DNA of 64,000 bases from Vicugna vicugna (lineage: Eukaryota): assembly GCA_013265495.1 (NCBI GenBank), contig MU060017.1, positions 496,001 through 560,000 on the forward strand, written 5' to 3'. The position numbers were made by a program, and so were the translations under genes. Positions 38,711 through 50,822 of the stretch are shown one piece after another. The notes beneath the pieces were generated by a model. It searched no databases. It worked only from the letters and a program-made list of their open reading frames with translations, and was not told the DNA's origin. Within the stretch, counting starts at the first letter, position 1, and each line of letters starts with the position of its first letter.

Positions 38711-40393
38711 AAAATGGTGAAGTTGAAAATGAAAGCTTATGTTCACGTAAAACCATGGGTCTTCTAACTGCCACATGAATCAAATATACCAGAGAGTGCC
38801 AGGAAATTAATTATATTAATTAATTATATTAATTAAATTAATTTTAAAGAAGGGTAAATATCAACTTTTAAACAAGTTCCAAAAATCTATGAGATCACAA
38901 GATAATTTTCTTTACGTTTTCCTGACCATACACTGAGGTCTTCTGCCCTCTGAGGCTTGACTGCATTAGACCAAAGGAATACATAGTTTGATTTCCGTTG
39001 GGAAGCTGCATTCTCTGAAGCTCACTCGAATATGAGCAGTTTGAGGGCCGTGCGTAGCTTTTCTCATTTTGCATCCCAATGGCTGGCACACCGAGAGATC
39101 TCAGAAAATACTCTTTGAATGTGTGAAAAATAAATCTAAATTAGATGGGCCGCAGACAGTTTGTAAATCCTGTCTTCAAGTAGTTCTTTGCAGAAATACA
39201 ACTACAGCATCCCACACTAAATTGCCTGAGATTTGAGAATGTGTTTAGTGAAAAAGAAAGGAAAAATAATTTCTGGAAATTTTCTACCCTGGCTGTACTT
39301 GCTTCAGTGCTGAAAATAGACCTACTGTCTCATCCATCTCTGGGCCTTGCATTCCTCACTGGTGAAATGAGAGGGTTTGACTCGATGGCCTTTGATGTGC
39401 CTTCCTTCCTTCTGGCTTTCATGCGCTAGAATTCTACAGATTATCCAGCCAACGGAACATCCCTGAAAGATGCTCAGGGACAAAGAAGGCCAGGACTGAA
39501 AAACAAACTCATTGGCAATCATTGACAAAGGCGTGGGGTAGTGAGTCATTCTTGAGGAACGTTTTCCCCGTGTGTGCTTATGCTGGAAAGGCATTTGTAG
39601 AATAATCTGTGAGTCATTTTCGGTGAGATACCAGGAATCAGTGCTCTCAGTCAGGTGGAAGGCCATTTTCCATGCTTACATAAAGTCTTTAAGCTGCCTT
39701 AGAAATGGATCAAACAACATGCCACACAAACATACACAAAAATCTTTGTAGGGTAACAATTTAAGTCTCCCCAGCATTGATAAAGCGGATAGTTCTTTTG
39801 ACTTTCTGTAGGAAAACAGCCTTAACTTTAGCTTAAATAATTGTAAAAGGCTTATACGTTGGACTGTCAGCTGAAACTTGAGGATTCAGGTGGCTCTGTC
39901 TTTACTAATAGTTTTTCTCAAAGTTGTCTGCTGGAGCTGCTCCCCTCTGCCTTTACAGAAATTTTGGTACTTGAGGTTTGCCACAAAACTGGGCACTGAC
40001 TTGACAGAAATGCAGAGGATAAATGAATAGGGCCTCCTGCTCTCCCACCTCCACACTCTTGTTCCGATCCTGCTGCAAAGTCAGTGCAGGCCTGATGCTT
40101 CAGGGGTCCTGAAATCACTTTCAATTTGTCTGGGTCAGTCTCCACTCTTGCAGTTGGGCCAGTTTCCCATTTAAGATTCTGGGTTCAACTGCTGTCTTCG
40201 TCTACTCTTGAGCAATTGAAATGCTGGAGCATCTTGAAATCAATCTGCTTAACACTTCGGGGCCTGCGGCTAATCCCCTCACTGAACCTCTTTTAGTTTT
40301 CCACTGAAAAAAATATCTTTAACGGTTGCTAGAATTTATAAGAAGTAGGGAGAAAATGGAAGAGGCTGATTTCTGATTAAGAAAGGTTAAGGT

Positions 40394-40600
40394 GGGGGTG
40401 TATAGCTCAGTGTTAGAGTGCATGCTTAGCATGCATGAGGTCCTGGGTTTAATTCCCAGTACATCCATTAAAAATAAGATAAGATAAGATAAGATAAGAT
40501 GATAAGATAAGATAAGATAAGATAAGATAAGATAAGATAAGATATAAAATAAATAAAATAAAAAACTTAATTCCACTCCCCCCACCTCACCTAATGAAAA
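40394..40600 (+). mobile_element. Camelid tRNA-derived SINE (Vic-1-like) with internal (ATAAG)n expansion
   Basis: gggggtgtatagctcagtgttagagtgcatgcttagcatgcatgaggtcctgggtttaattcccagtac; approximate target-site duplication agaaaggtt / agagaggtt. Confidence 0.92.
40474..40544. repeat. (ATAAG)n pentanucleotide microsatellite, 5+8 units with one ATG interruption
   Basis: Counted directly. Confidence 0.95.
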
Positions 40601-41459
40601 AGAGAGGTTTGAAAAATTCTGCTTGAATCTTTCTAGGGTTTTTTCCATCTTCATAGTGAGCTAGTCCTTTTATTAGGGGATGCAGACTTTCACAGGCCAG
40701 CTGAGGATACGGGACTACTGGGCGTGAAAGCATGCTTGTGTTCCCTCTTGTGTAAGGTAGAATACTGAATAGGTAAAAAAAGCAGATCCAAATAAAGTGG
40801 AACTGGTTAGAAATGAGGCTCAGAATCTGGGAAATGCCCACCATAGCACATTCCCTGTATCCCTGACTCATTCTGCACCTGGACCTTTGCACATGCTCTG
40901 TCAGGAAGGTGGCTGAGTGTATCCACAGCACCTCTAGGACCTGTTCACCTCTGGTCCCCAACCCACCTACCCACTCCTACCCAGCTCTTCATTGCTCTGT
41001 TTTTTCTTTGCCTTTTTCCCACTTCTCTGTTTCCTTCTTCTCCAATCTGGATGCCGTCATTCCCTCCTCCCATCTTGCAACAAAAGGGACTAAATTATCA
41101 TGATTTAGCTGTTCAGCCAGTCAGTCAGTTAAAACCTACTGCAGGCATTACTTATTTGTGCATTAAAATGCCAACTATTAGAGCTGTAATAACTGACAGA
41201 GTCCAGGTAGAGAAAGTTGGAGGAATACATGGAATCTAAAACAAATGGCCGGGAAGAATTGAACGCTTGTGTTATAAGGCTGCCTTTCCTAACTTTACAA
41301 TCACACTTGTTTGTCCTCCTTCAAACCTTCCATTTATACTATTACGCAGAGAGACATATGAGTCAAACCCTGATACCTAGCAAGTAGATCCACAGACCAA
41401 TTTGGTGGTAACCTACGCACTGCAAACACTCACAGCCCCAGTCTGCAGAGAGTTGAAGT

Positions 41460-41660
41460 GAGGTGTCGTGATAGAGCAAAACGACTAAGACATTGAGAAG
41501 GAATCCTGGCCACCATTTACCAGAGTCACCACTATTGCTTCATAGGAAATCCCCAAACTCCCTAAGCTCCATCTCCATAAAATAGAGATAATAACGCCCA
41601 TTCCATAGAGCTAATGTGAGGAATAAGATTACATAGAAAGAGCTCAATAAATATTATCTT
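41460..41660 (+). mobile_element. MIR SINE
   Basis: gaatcctggccaccatttacc...ctccatctccataaaatagagataataacgccc...atgtgaggaataag...agagctcaataaatattatc. Confidence 0.7.
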
Positions 41661-42227
41661 TTCCTGTCTTTGCTTTATCCAGCTTGGGCAGTGGTTTTTG
41701 GGGTAAAGGAGTGCCCTACACACAGGTTACAGGGTATGAAAGAAAAGTACCCCCCGTTTTATCTCCCCTGATATTTTCTCTCTGTTCGTGTGGGCACTGC
41801 ACTTGATGGTGATTTGAATGTTTAATTCCTTTTTAAGGGGTAGGAAATGTGGGGAGAGTAAACCCTACAAATGGCAAATGGCCACACACTGATCTGAAGC
41901 AGGGTGAGGACACTAGCTAGGACCCAGAGGAGGCGGGATACAGTGGGAAGGAGTCTTTGCTTGTGATACCTTGGATTGTACTATTAGAGAGTTATTCCTT
42001 TGACTGAAGGCCTTTGTTGGTATAAAAATGCAAGTATTGCCAAGAGAGCAGCTCCTGAAACCTTATCATCCATTTGCACAGTTCGTTTTTCATTTGTGCT
42101 CTTATTCTCTGTAATGGTAATTTTTTTACCTGTATGAAATATCACATGCTCAGATGCATTCATTTTATAGAGCTTTAAAGCTGCTAACCTGAACCGAAAT
42201 GCACATTTTTGGTGTTTTATTTTTCTT

Positions 42228-42391
42228 NNNNNNNNNNNNNNNNNNNNNNNNNNNNNNNNNNNNNNNNNNNNNNNNNNNNNNNNNNNNNNNNNNNNNNNNN
42301 NNNNNNNNNNNNNNNNNNNNNNNNNNNNNNNNNNNNNNNNNNNNNNNNNNNNNNNNNNNNNNNNNNNNNNNNNNNNNNNNNNNNNNNNNNN
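42228..42391. other. Assembly gap (164 N)
   Basis: Run of N with T-rich flanks. Confidence 1.
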
Positions 42392-42613
42392 TTTTCTATT
42401 ATTTCTGCCCCTAAGCTGCTTAAAATGTTTCTATATTCTTACATTTGCAGTGCAAAACAGAGCAGCAGGTGACAGCTTATTATCGAACCTCTGTTTAGCA
42501 GCTACTTGTCTCAAACTTTCTGATAATAAATTTTTCCTAGGGTGGCTCGTGTTCCCGGGCAGGTGTCAGCCAAGGCCAGGCACCAGCAGTTACAGAACAG
42601 GGATGTGAGCATG

Positions 42614-42615
<2 letters not shown>

Positions 42616-42649
<34 letters not shown>
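42616..42649. repeat. (GT)17 microsatellite
   Basis: Perfect GT run. Confidence 0.95.
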
Positions 42650-42652
<3 letters not shown>

Positions 42653-43300
42653 GGGACTGTGGAAATCTCTTGCCACATTGCTGCTTGTGAAGTGTGATTT
42701 TATGACCAAGGAAGCAAATGGGATTCTTTTTATCGCCTTTCCTTGAATTGGCAGGACTCACGTAATGAAACTGACATGGTGTCCGTGTATGATTGTGTTA
42801 TCCTCTCCTGATTCATTACCCGTTGAGTTAATCTGTCATGAACTGGTCTCTGTATGAGTGTTCATCACTTTGTGGCAGGGAGGGAGAAAACCTATATGTT
42901 GCATATGTATTCGTATAGATTGAGATAGATACACATGTGTGCATATCTCTTGAGAGAAATCCACAGAGACAGATTTGAAAAAAGGAGAACGTCAGTCATT
43001 GACCGGAAGGCCAATAGAAGGAATCTGGGATTTGTTTACCTGATCCAGACCTTCGTGCTGAGCGTGAGAAATCTCTTTCTGTTATGACTGCATAACGTGT
43101 CTGATGCAGCCCCAAGAGTGAAGGTATATAATTTCAATACCAAACACCAGCTGGGCTTGCAGTAGTCATCCATCTAAAACTGCCCTTGATGTGAACAGGG
43201 CAGCAACCCTCAATTTGTAGGTGTGTTTCTTTGAACCTTGGAGGCCGATTTTGCACACCAGGGTCCTAGAAGAATTGGCACAAGATCCAAGTTAGGACTG

Positions 43301-43516
43301 TTTTTTCCTTTTATTGAAGTGTAATCGATTTACAGTGTTGTGTTAATTTCTGGTGTACAGCATATTGATCCAGTTATACACACATATACTCTTTCTCATA
43401 TTCTTTTTCATATAGGCCATTACAAGGTATTGAATATAGCTCCTGTACTATATATACAGGAGGACCTTGTTGTTTCTCTATTTGTGTATATAGTAGTGTG
43501 TATCTACAAATCCCAA
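43301..43516 (-). mobile_element. Artiodactyl-type L1 extreme 3' end
   Basis: ttttattgaagtgtaatcgatttacagtgttgtgttaatttctggtgtacagcat...attgaatatagctcctgtac...ggaccttgttgtttctctattt...tatctacaaatccca. Confidence 0.9.
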
Positions 43517-43767
43517 GGATTGTTGATCTCACCGATGAGGAAAGCCCATCACATTTGTATGGTGCTTCATGCCTTTGTGAATGTTTCCAGGGTCTCTGTG
43601 AAAACCTGTGAGAGAAAAGTTGGTCATATCTTTACTTGATATATGAGAACAGATTCAAAGATGAAATAACCTATAATTATTTAGTGGGAAATAAACTAGA
43701 ATAGGTATCAGCAAAAAAAAAAAAGTCCATCTTTTCCTGTTTTTCTCTTTTCTTTTGTTCTATCTGT

Positions 43768-43960
43768 CCTTGTAAATAAAGTTTTATTGGAACTTGAAGG
43801 TGGAAGAGCAATCTTCATTCATTTATATCTCATCTATGATTGCTTTCAAACTATCATGGCAGAGATGAGGAGTTGTCATAGAGACCTTATGGCCATGAAA
43901 AGATCCCAAATATTTAATTAATTGTCTGGCTTTTTACAGAAAAAGTTTGTCAGTGCTGAA
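43768..43960 (+). mobile_element. hAT-Charlie MER58A-like, 3' half
   Basis: ttgtaaataaagttttattggaac...ctatgattgctttc...ggcagagatgaggagttgtcatagagacc...tttacagaaaaagtttg. Confidence 0.8.
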
Positions 43961-45856
43961 CTACAGCATGCATCTCCCAGGAATGCCCTTTCAATCTAAT
44001 GAACTTTGTCAGGTGTCCATGTGGACCCAGTGCAGTGTTAGTGACATTAAGTTATTCCATTCTAAATGCATTTAGCACTTTAATGTTTTGTTGAATAGTG
44101 ACGATTTGGTAGAAAAGCAGGGAAGAATGTTTTGGAGAATTTTGTTTTCATTTATAGAACTTGAGGAAAATATCAGCCAATCCCTCAAGGACTGTTTTCC
44201 CAGTCTGGTAAAGAAGAGTGTAATCAATAAGTTATTTGAAGTTCTCAATGATCATGCTTAGCTCATGTAAGTAAGAGAGAATCCCTCTGAATAAGTGGAA
44301 CTGCTTTCTCACCAAAATGAATGGCACTCAGTTCTCCTGCGATGTTGGGTGTTCCTCCTGTGACCGCCTTCCCCCTAGACAGCTAGCTGGTTGGACCTCT
44401 GTTGAGTAGCATTTCCGAGAGGAGATGAATCCTGAGGTCACTCTACGCTTGCTCTCAAGAACAGATCTTCATTGCTGCAAGATGTAGGATTGCGGGGTGA
44501 AGTGGGAAAGGAGAGAATGTGTGAGAGAGAGGGCAGGGGGAACTAGGAATGCAGCTGTGCATAAGCACCATCTGCTCCTGCTGCTGACTCCAGGTGTGCC
44601 TGAGACCTCTGTACTGCCCCGCCGTTTCCTCCGGGGCCCTGGCTGCTCCCCAATAGAATATGCCACTGACCCTGGATTTTTTTGTACCTCTTGATGGACA
44701 ATACTAATTGATGATGTTAGTCACATTGTCAAAAACTGAATGACTCTCTTTGTGATGTTTTCTCTGGCAAATACTACATGAGCTCCTTCAAGTTAGGAGA
44801 ATGTTATCCATCCTTAACTTAAGCTTGTTACCTCTGGGCAAAATTATTTTTTAAAGGCCTGCATGTCACTGAACAGAAATGCTTACAGAGAGGTAAAGTT
44901 GTCTAATGTTTTACTGTGATGTATTTTTCCCAAAATACCTGTAGAGAATGAATGGGAGGCTCCCCTTGGACCTTACCTTATCTGGTTGGCTACAAAGATG
45001 CAGCAACAACACATTTTTTTGGCAGAGATGTTTGTTACTTGGAGAACTGCCTATCTCCTTATCTTGCTGTCCTCCGTGTCCTTCAAAAGCCGGGATTCAC
45101 TGGTCAGTTTATCAAAACTTCAGACTTCGACCAGATAAAATTAACACATCAGTTGACAAGTCAGAGTGAAATGGGACTTTGAGGATTCAGCCCATCTCTC
45201 ACTGTGAGGTCCACTTGTTCTTTTAGAATGTGAGTTATAATTTTGGAGGCATGATGTTACTTAAAATCTGAAGTGAGTCAGCAGACACCAGCAGTTAAAT
45301 TCTCCCTGACCTTGCAGAAACAAACCCCAGAAGACAGTAAGCATCAGCATGCCCCACTGATTGATGGTGGGGAAGGAGGACAAGATTTATAACCCGGCAC
45401 ACGGCACAAATTCATTGGCATAAACATTCAGAATATTCCTGTGTTACTGCTCTTTCATATTAAGTACCTACTTTGGGTGTTTTTCCCTTTAGAAAGGCCT
45501 GACCATGTTGATGAATAGTCTGAATCCACGTGGAGTGCCGATTCTTATTTGGAAGTTGAGTTTTATGTCTAGACTTTTAAAATGGAATTGGTTCATATGG
45601 CCTGTTGTCCCCTCTTTCTCATCTTCTTAAGTACCATTGACAGAATGTGCAATCCTAAAAGCTTACAGCTAAAGGAAATGTAGGGGATTATTTCATCAGT
45701 CCTCCTTTGAGGCCTGAAGAGGTCACTGCTTTCTGTGAAGACTCATGGTCAGTGAACATTGTAACCACACCCACCATCCAGGGACTGCCTCTTGTCCGGT
45801 GCTCTTTCTAATATGATGCATGATTATTACTAAATCCCTTTCACACCAGTTATTCA

Positions 45857-46301
45857 CAGGCATGCTNNNNNNNNNNNNNNNNNNNNNNNNNNNNNNNNNN
45901 NNNNNNNNNNNNNNNNNNNNNNNNNNNNNNNNNNNNNNNNNNNNNNNNNNNNNNNNNNNNNNNNNNNNNNNNNNNNNNNNNNNNNNNNNNNNNNNNNNNN
46001 NNNNNNNNNNNNNNNNNNNNNNNNNNNNNNNNNNNNNNNNNNNNNNNNNNNNNNNNNNNNNNNNNNNNNNNNNNNNNNNNNNNNNNNNNNNNNNNNNNNN
46101 NNNNNNNNNNNNNNNNNNNNNNNNNNNNNNNNNNNNNNNNNNNNNNNNNNNNNNNNNNNNNNNNNNNNNNNNNNNNNNNNNNNNNNNTGGTGCAAAGAGA
46201 CTAGCTGGGCCCAGGGTTGCCACAAACCTTCAATTTATTTTAAAAAATGCAGTATTTGTGAAGTGTAGTAAAGCAAAGTGCAGTAAAACAAGGTCTGCCT
46301 G
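45857..46301 (+). mobile_element. Tigger1-derived DNA transposon spanning a 321-N gap (45867-46187)
   Basis: Right end cagggttgccacaaaccttcaattt...aaagcaaagtgcagtaaaacaaggtctgcctg|ta matches the Tigger1 3' terminus; caggcatgct just before the gap resembles the left TIR. Confidence 0.75.
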
Positions 46302-47150
46302 TAGTTGCTTGTAAGTTGATTTAATTTTCAATATCTATTTGACTGAACTTGAAAACCATTTTAAGCAATTTATTTAATACCCTATAATTGAAAATACTGT
46401 CGATCTCCACTTTTTCCTTCAACTTCCCATTATAATGATCTGGAGCCAACAGCCCAAAGAGCTACTGCTGGTGATAATAAGGAAGATAAGCAAAGAGTAC
46501 TTGAACCAGAAATGTATTTAGTTGCATAACATCCGGAAGGAGAACATTGCTTTGTGTGCAGTGGTATTCCGTCCAAGTCCCTGGATAGAATTCTTTCTCA
46601 GAAACAATATAAAAGCACCACATGTGGTCAGTAACGTGTTAGATAATGACATAACAGGACAAAACTGTTCAGACTAAAATACATCTTAGACTTCCCCAAA
46701 CTATGATCCCCACTGTGTTATTATCCCTGTTACAATTTTTTACAAATGCAGGAAAAAACAAGGCATAAAATCTCTAAGCTGCGTTGCCTCATTTCAGACT
46801 TTCCCACATTTTCATAATTCATTCATTAACCACATACTAATTGAGCGGCTATTCCAGACCACACATTGGTCTAGAATAAGATACTGTTGAACAGCCAGTG
46901 ACCTTGTGGAACTTAGAGAAGCGAAAATAGACTAGTAAGACATTGCAATCAAATGGGAAAGTCACCACTCCTGGCTTTTTATAAATCTGGTTCAATCAAT
47001 ACCAGAGAACACTTTTTTAAAATAAAAGAGGAATGATAAAACACAACCACACACACAAACAAGCAAACAAAATAAAAATGAGAACAACTAAAAGCAGGTA
47101 AGTCTGTATTAAAGGAGGACCAAGAAGACATGTCTATATTGAAACACAGT

Positions 47151-47271
47151 GGGGAAGGTATAGCTCAGTGGTAGAGTGCATGCTTAGCATGCACGAGGTC
47201 CCAGGTTCAATCCTCAGTACCTCCATTAAAAAATAATAAAGAAATGAATTTCTTTCCCTTTCCAAAAAAAA
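47151..47271 (+). mobile_element. Camelid tRNA-Ala-derived SINE (Vic-1-like)
   Basis: ggggaaggtatagctcagtggtagagtgcatgcttagcatgcacgaggtcccaggttcaatcctcagtacctcca plus A-rich tail; approximate target-site duplication atattgaaacacag / atattggaaacatag. Confidence 0.95.
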
Positions 47272-47959
47272 ATATTGGAACATAGACATTTGGTGGGAAT
47301 CCATGACAGCTTCGTGTCACCATAGCAACCCTCACTGTTAGCTCAGTTGCTTTTACTTCTTAAAAGAGCTAAATATTCCCAAGCCTAAACTAGTGTCAAA
47401 GTCATGGAGGTCAAGTTTAAAATTGGAAGATACTGTAAAGAACTAGTCCAGCTCATCTTTTTCCTTTGAGTGGACTCAGAGCAATAACATGACTTTTCCA
47501 GGACTGCACTGTTGTGTTCAAGCTACAGAAGTAAGTTCCCCTTTATCCCAACCTTAGTGCACTGGGAGATAGTGTTGTTGGATATAGGTGATTCTATATC
47601 AAAAGAAACCTCCCACAGACATTTCTCATGCCAGAGGCCAGCATCCCCCATGCCTTTTGCCTATGATGTTCTCACATATTTACCCAAAGTAAATAGAGAC
47701 CTCACATTTACTGCTCTCTAAATGCATAATAATACTTCAGTTAACACTTAAAGAGGAAAAATCATCTTGAAAAATATTTCATGAAGGGAAAACCAATACA
47801 GAGTGAAATAACACAAACATAGGATTGAAATATTTCATATAATGGTCAGAAATTATCCTTAAATGACAGTGGATCTCATGATGAAAGACACATTTAAAGA
47901 CTCAGTTGCATTTGATCTTGCAAGAATCGTAACAACTCAAGTCTTTTTTTCTTTAAACA

Positions 47960-48170
47960 TGGAATCATCTCCTCTTACATCACTTCCCATCCATTCTATG
48001 ACTGGATTAAGTTCCTCTCCTGAGTCTCTGGTACCCTGTGTGTATCTCTGCACTGAGGACACTGTATCAATTCTATCCCTTTATCTTCCTGCCTCTTCAC
48101 CAGACTTGAACCCTCTCCAAACCCAGTCTGTGATTTCCCCTGTGTATGGGCAAAGCTAACTATGTCTGCA
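47960..48170 (+). mobile_element. L2 fragment
   Basis: Pyrimidine-rich L2-like ...ctggtaccctgtgtgtatctctgcactg...ctcttcaccagacttgaaccctc... Confidence 0.45.
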
Positions 48171-49374
48171 CATCCTAGTACCCACTAGAACTTTTAAGGG
48201 AAGTGAAGTAATTTAAAGCAGTTGCAAGCATTTACATGATTTTTCACTAATTATTGCTACATCTTGTAATCTGGGGAAAAAAACATAGCTTAGAGTATGT
48301 GTGGATTGTTAGGGAAAACTTCTCCTGTTGTTTTAAAGCTTAAGATGAATCTGTCTCTCTCCTTCAAAAACACAGAAAGGATATATTCTTACTTGTATCT
48401 CCAGGTTAGAATTCTTATTAAAATGTTATGGGCGTGAGTGGGCATAGAATGAAGAAGGATATTTCTTGGAGAATCAAATGGAATTCCCCCATCAGTTCTG
48501 CTGTAATTAATAGAGAATTTAAAGCTAAAAATCCAGATGCTCAATGATGTGTTTGGTAGCTCATGCGGGGATCTGTTTTTTCAGTAATGCTTATCTTTCC
48601 AAGGGGCATTGTTAATTTCTTCAGTACCCTGTAAATTATTACAAAAATTACAAATATACTAGAAAATCAATACAACTAATTGTAAATTAATAGATTTCTA
48701 AGTGTGAAGGAGCGTGTAATAATGTAGACGAGTTCCTTAAAGAACATTCCAGTCCCAATATCAAGGGCTCAGGGCTCCAGCTGTTTCATGTGACATCTTC
48801 AAGTGTAAACACATTTCTTTCTTTCCCCAACTCTCTCCCTCTGTCCCCTTATTTCCCACTGATTTAGTCTGCCACTGCAGCAAATAACATTTCCATTAGC
48901 CACCTACTGTTAAATCGCAGAGTAACTATGATTAAAAAAAAAAAAATTCTAACATGCAAACAAACCAATAGAGAAGCAACTGGGGTTACCGTCTGTCCCA
49001 AACAATTTTTATGTGGCCCACCAGTGTTCAAACTGAAGGAAAACAACATGCAAAGTTAAATAAATTGAATCTAATAGGGAGGTCCAAAATGTGTGTTTAT
49101 AACCAGTGCAAACTTGATGTGCTGAATAATTCATCTTTACTATATCTGTGTATCCATTTTAGCCCGAGACTAGTTATTTTATGTAAATGTCACATCATTG
49201 CTAATCGATTTTAAACAATGATGGGCTTGCCAATAAAAAGACCAGTAATTATTATAATTATATTAGGTAGTCAATGAGAATGTATCAAGGTCTTGTTCTG
49301 CCCTACGCATTTGGATGAATAAAAAACAATAATAATGTAACTTTTATTAATTTAGTAATTACAAAATTTACAGA

Positions 49375-49510
49375 GTGCTTTTGGTTTAGATTTTGGTTTC
49401 ATAGCCATAAATTAGGGCATGTATAAATACCACTCTATGATAAGACAACAGGTTCAGAGAGGTTAAGAAACCTACTCAGGATCTACAGCTAGTTACAAGT
49501 CAGGATACTT
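49375..49510 (-). mobile_element. MIR fragment
   Basis: ataccactctatgataagacaacaggttcagagaggttaagaaacctactcaggatctacagctagttacaagt. Confidence 0.65.
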
Positions 49511-49894
49511 TCACAGAACTAACAGTCCCATGTCTAGGAGTAGTTAAATAGTAGTACCATATTTCAGTATGTAATGTGGTTCTAGAATTGTATTTGGAAG
49601 TCAGATAGCTTAGAATCAGTCTCTAGGTTTACATAATAATGTAGGTGGCACCTGGATCACTGGTGGGAGGGACTGGAGAACCTACAGGAACTTGAGTCCC
49701 AGGCAGAAGCTGTGAACAGCAGCATAGGGACCCACCACTTTAGCCCAGAGACCCTCACCTCCTACATGGCTTTATTCTGGCCTTCAGGGACCTGGGAGAT
49801 GGTCAGGGTGGTCCCAGTCTTCACTACTCTATGGTTAAGGAATTGGCTAGGTAGCTAGAGCAGAGACGTAGGACAGATTATCTGTCATCCTGGT

Positions 49895-49917
49895 GGGGGG
49901 TGGGGGTGGGGGAGGGG
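49895..49917 (+). other. Canonical G-quadruplex-forming motif
   Basis: G6-T-G5-T-G5-A-G4 with single-nucleotide loops. Confidence 0.8.
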
Positions 49918-50822
49918 CGCTGATCAAAGGTTCAAAGGTTGGTTGGTTGCTTTCCTTCTCCACTTGCATGTGTTATTTGGTGACTTTCTATCCTCAAGGC
50001 AATTTCAGTGTATATGGGGTTGGGAGTGGGGCAAGGGGAGCTGGAAGGTAGTGAGGGGAAAGTTTGCCTGCTCAGCCATTGGCCAAGAGGCTGGACCATA
50101 GGATACTCCCACTAGGGAACGAATCATAGCCAACACTACTAGTTCAGCAGAGGGAACACGTATAGCCTTTCTGGCTGAAGTTTAGGCCTAAGAGAATCTC
50201 AATATAATCAGAGTGTGGATACTGCATTTTTAGTTCATTAGCAATGAGTAGGTTTATAGGGTATACTGATGCTAAAATTTTAATTTAATATAATTTAACA
50301 AGTCACAAAGATTCTATGTATTACTATTATTTGACATTTATGATCTGTAATCATGGATGTGCCATGTGCTTTTTTAGGACATAAATCTGATCTGAAAATT
50401 CAAAATCTAAATTGTCTCAGAAAGATAGTCAACTAAATCCTTTAATAACTTGAACCCCAGATTTTGCTCCAAGATTTGCTATTTATGGGAAATAGACAAA
50501 TTCAGTATATATAAACAAACCAAACAAAACTAAAGCTGAACAAATCCACAAAACCCAAAGTAGGATTATGTATTTTTTAAGTTAAACTTCTACAACTAGA
50601 GTTGAAGTAAATACATATTCAATCCCAATCTCTAACTCTTTTCAAATCTATGATTCTGGATGATCTGTAGTATTTAAAATTATGATCTCGAGGCATTGAG
50701 ATTGACTAAACTTTAAGAGAAGCTGTGTTTAATTTCTTATATTTATACAAGTAATATTTTTAAACAAAAAATTATGAAGTAAAATTTTCCAATTAAATAC
50801 CAGTTAGTAGGGAACAAAGTTA

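Noticed and set aside
38805-38845. AT-only quasi-palindrome (ttaattatattaa)x2
   Set aside because: A 13-bp slippage duplication in AT-rich DNA; no structure beyond low complexity.
4475-46314. Long ORFs containing poly-X (4475-4948, 14032-14446, 17387-17702, 34579-34839, 42199-42472, 45723-46314)
   Set aside because: Artefacts of translating through N-gaps, which contain no stop codons.
47095-47103. Perfect plus-strand donor CAG|GTAAGT
   Set aside because: The upstream sequence is A/CA-rich low-complexity with no plausible acceptor or exon; about one such 9-mer is expected by chance.
47151-47224. Possible tRNA-Ala(AGC) gene
   Set aside because: It has extra 5' bases and stem mismatches, an A-rich tail and target-site-duplication-like flanks, and three sister copies in the window. 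It is a tRNA-derived SINE.
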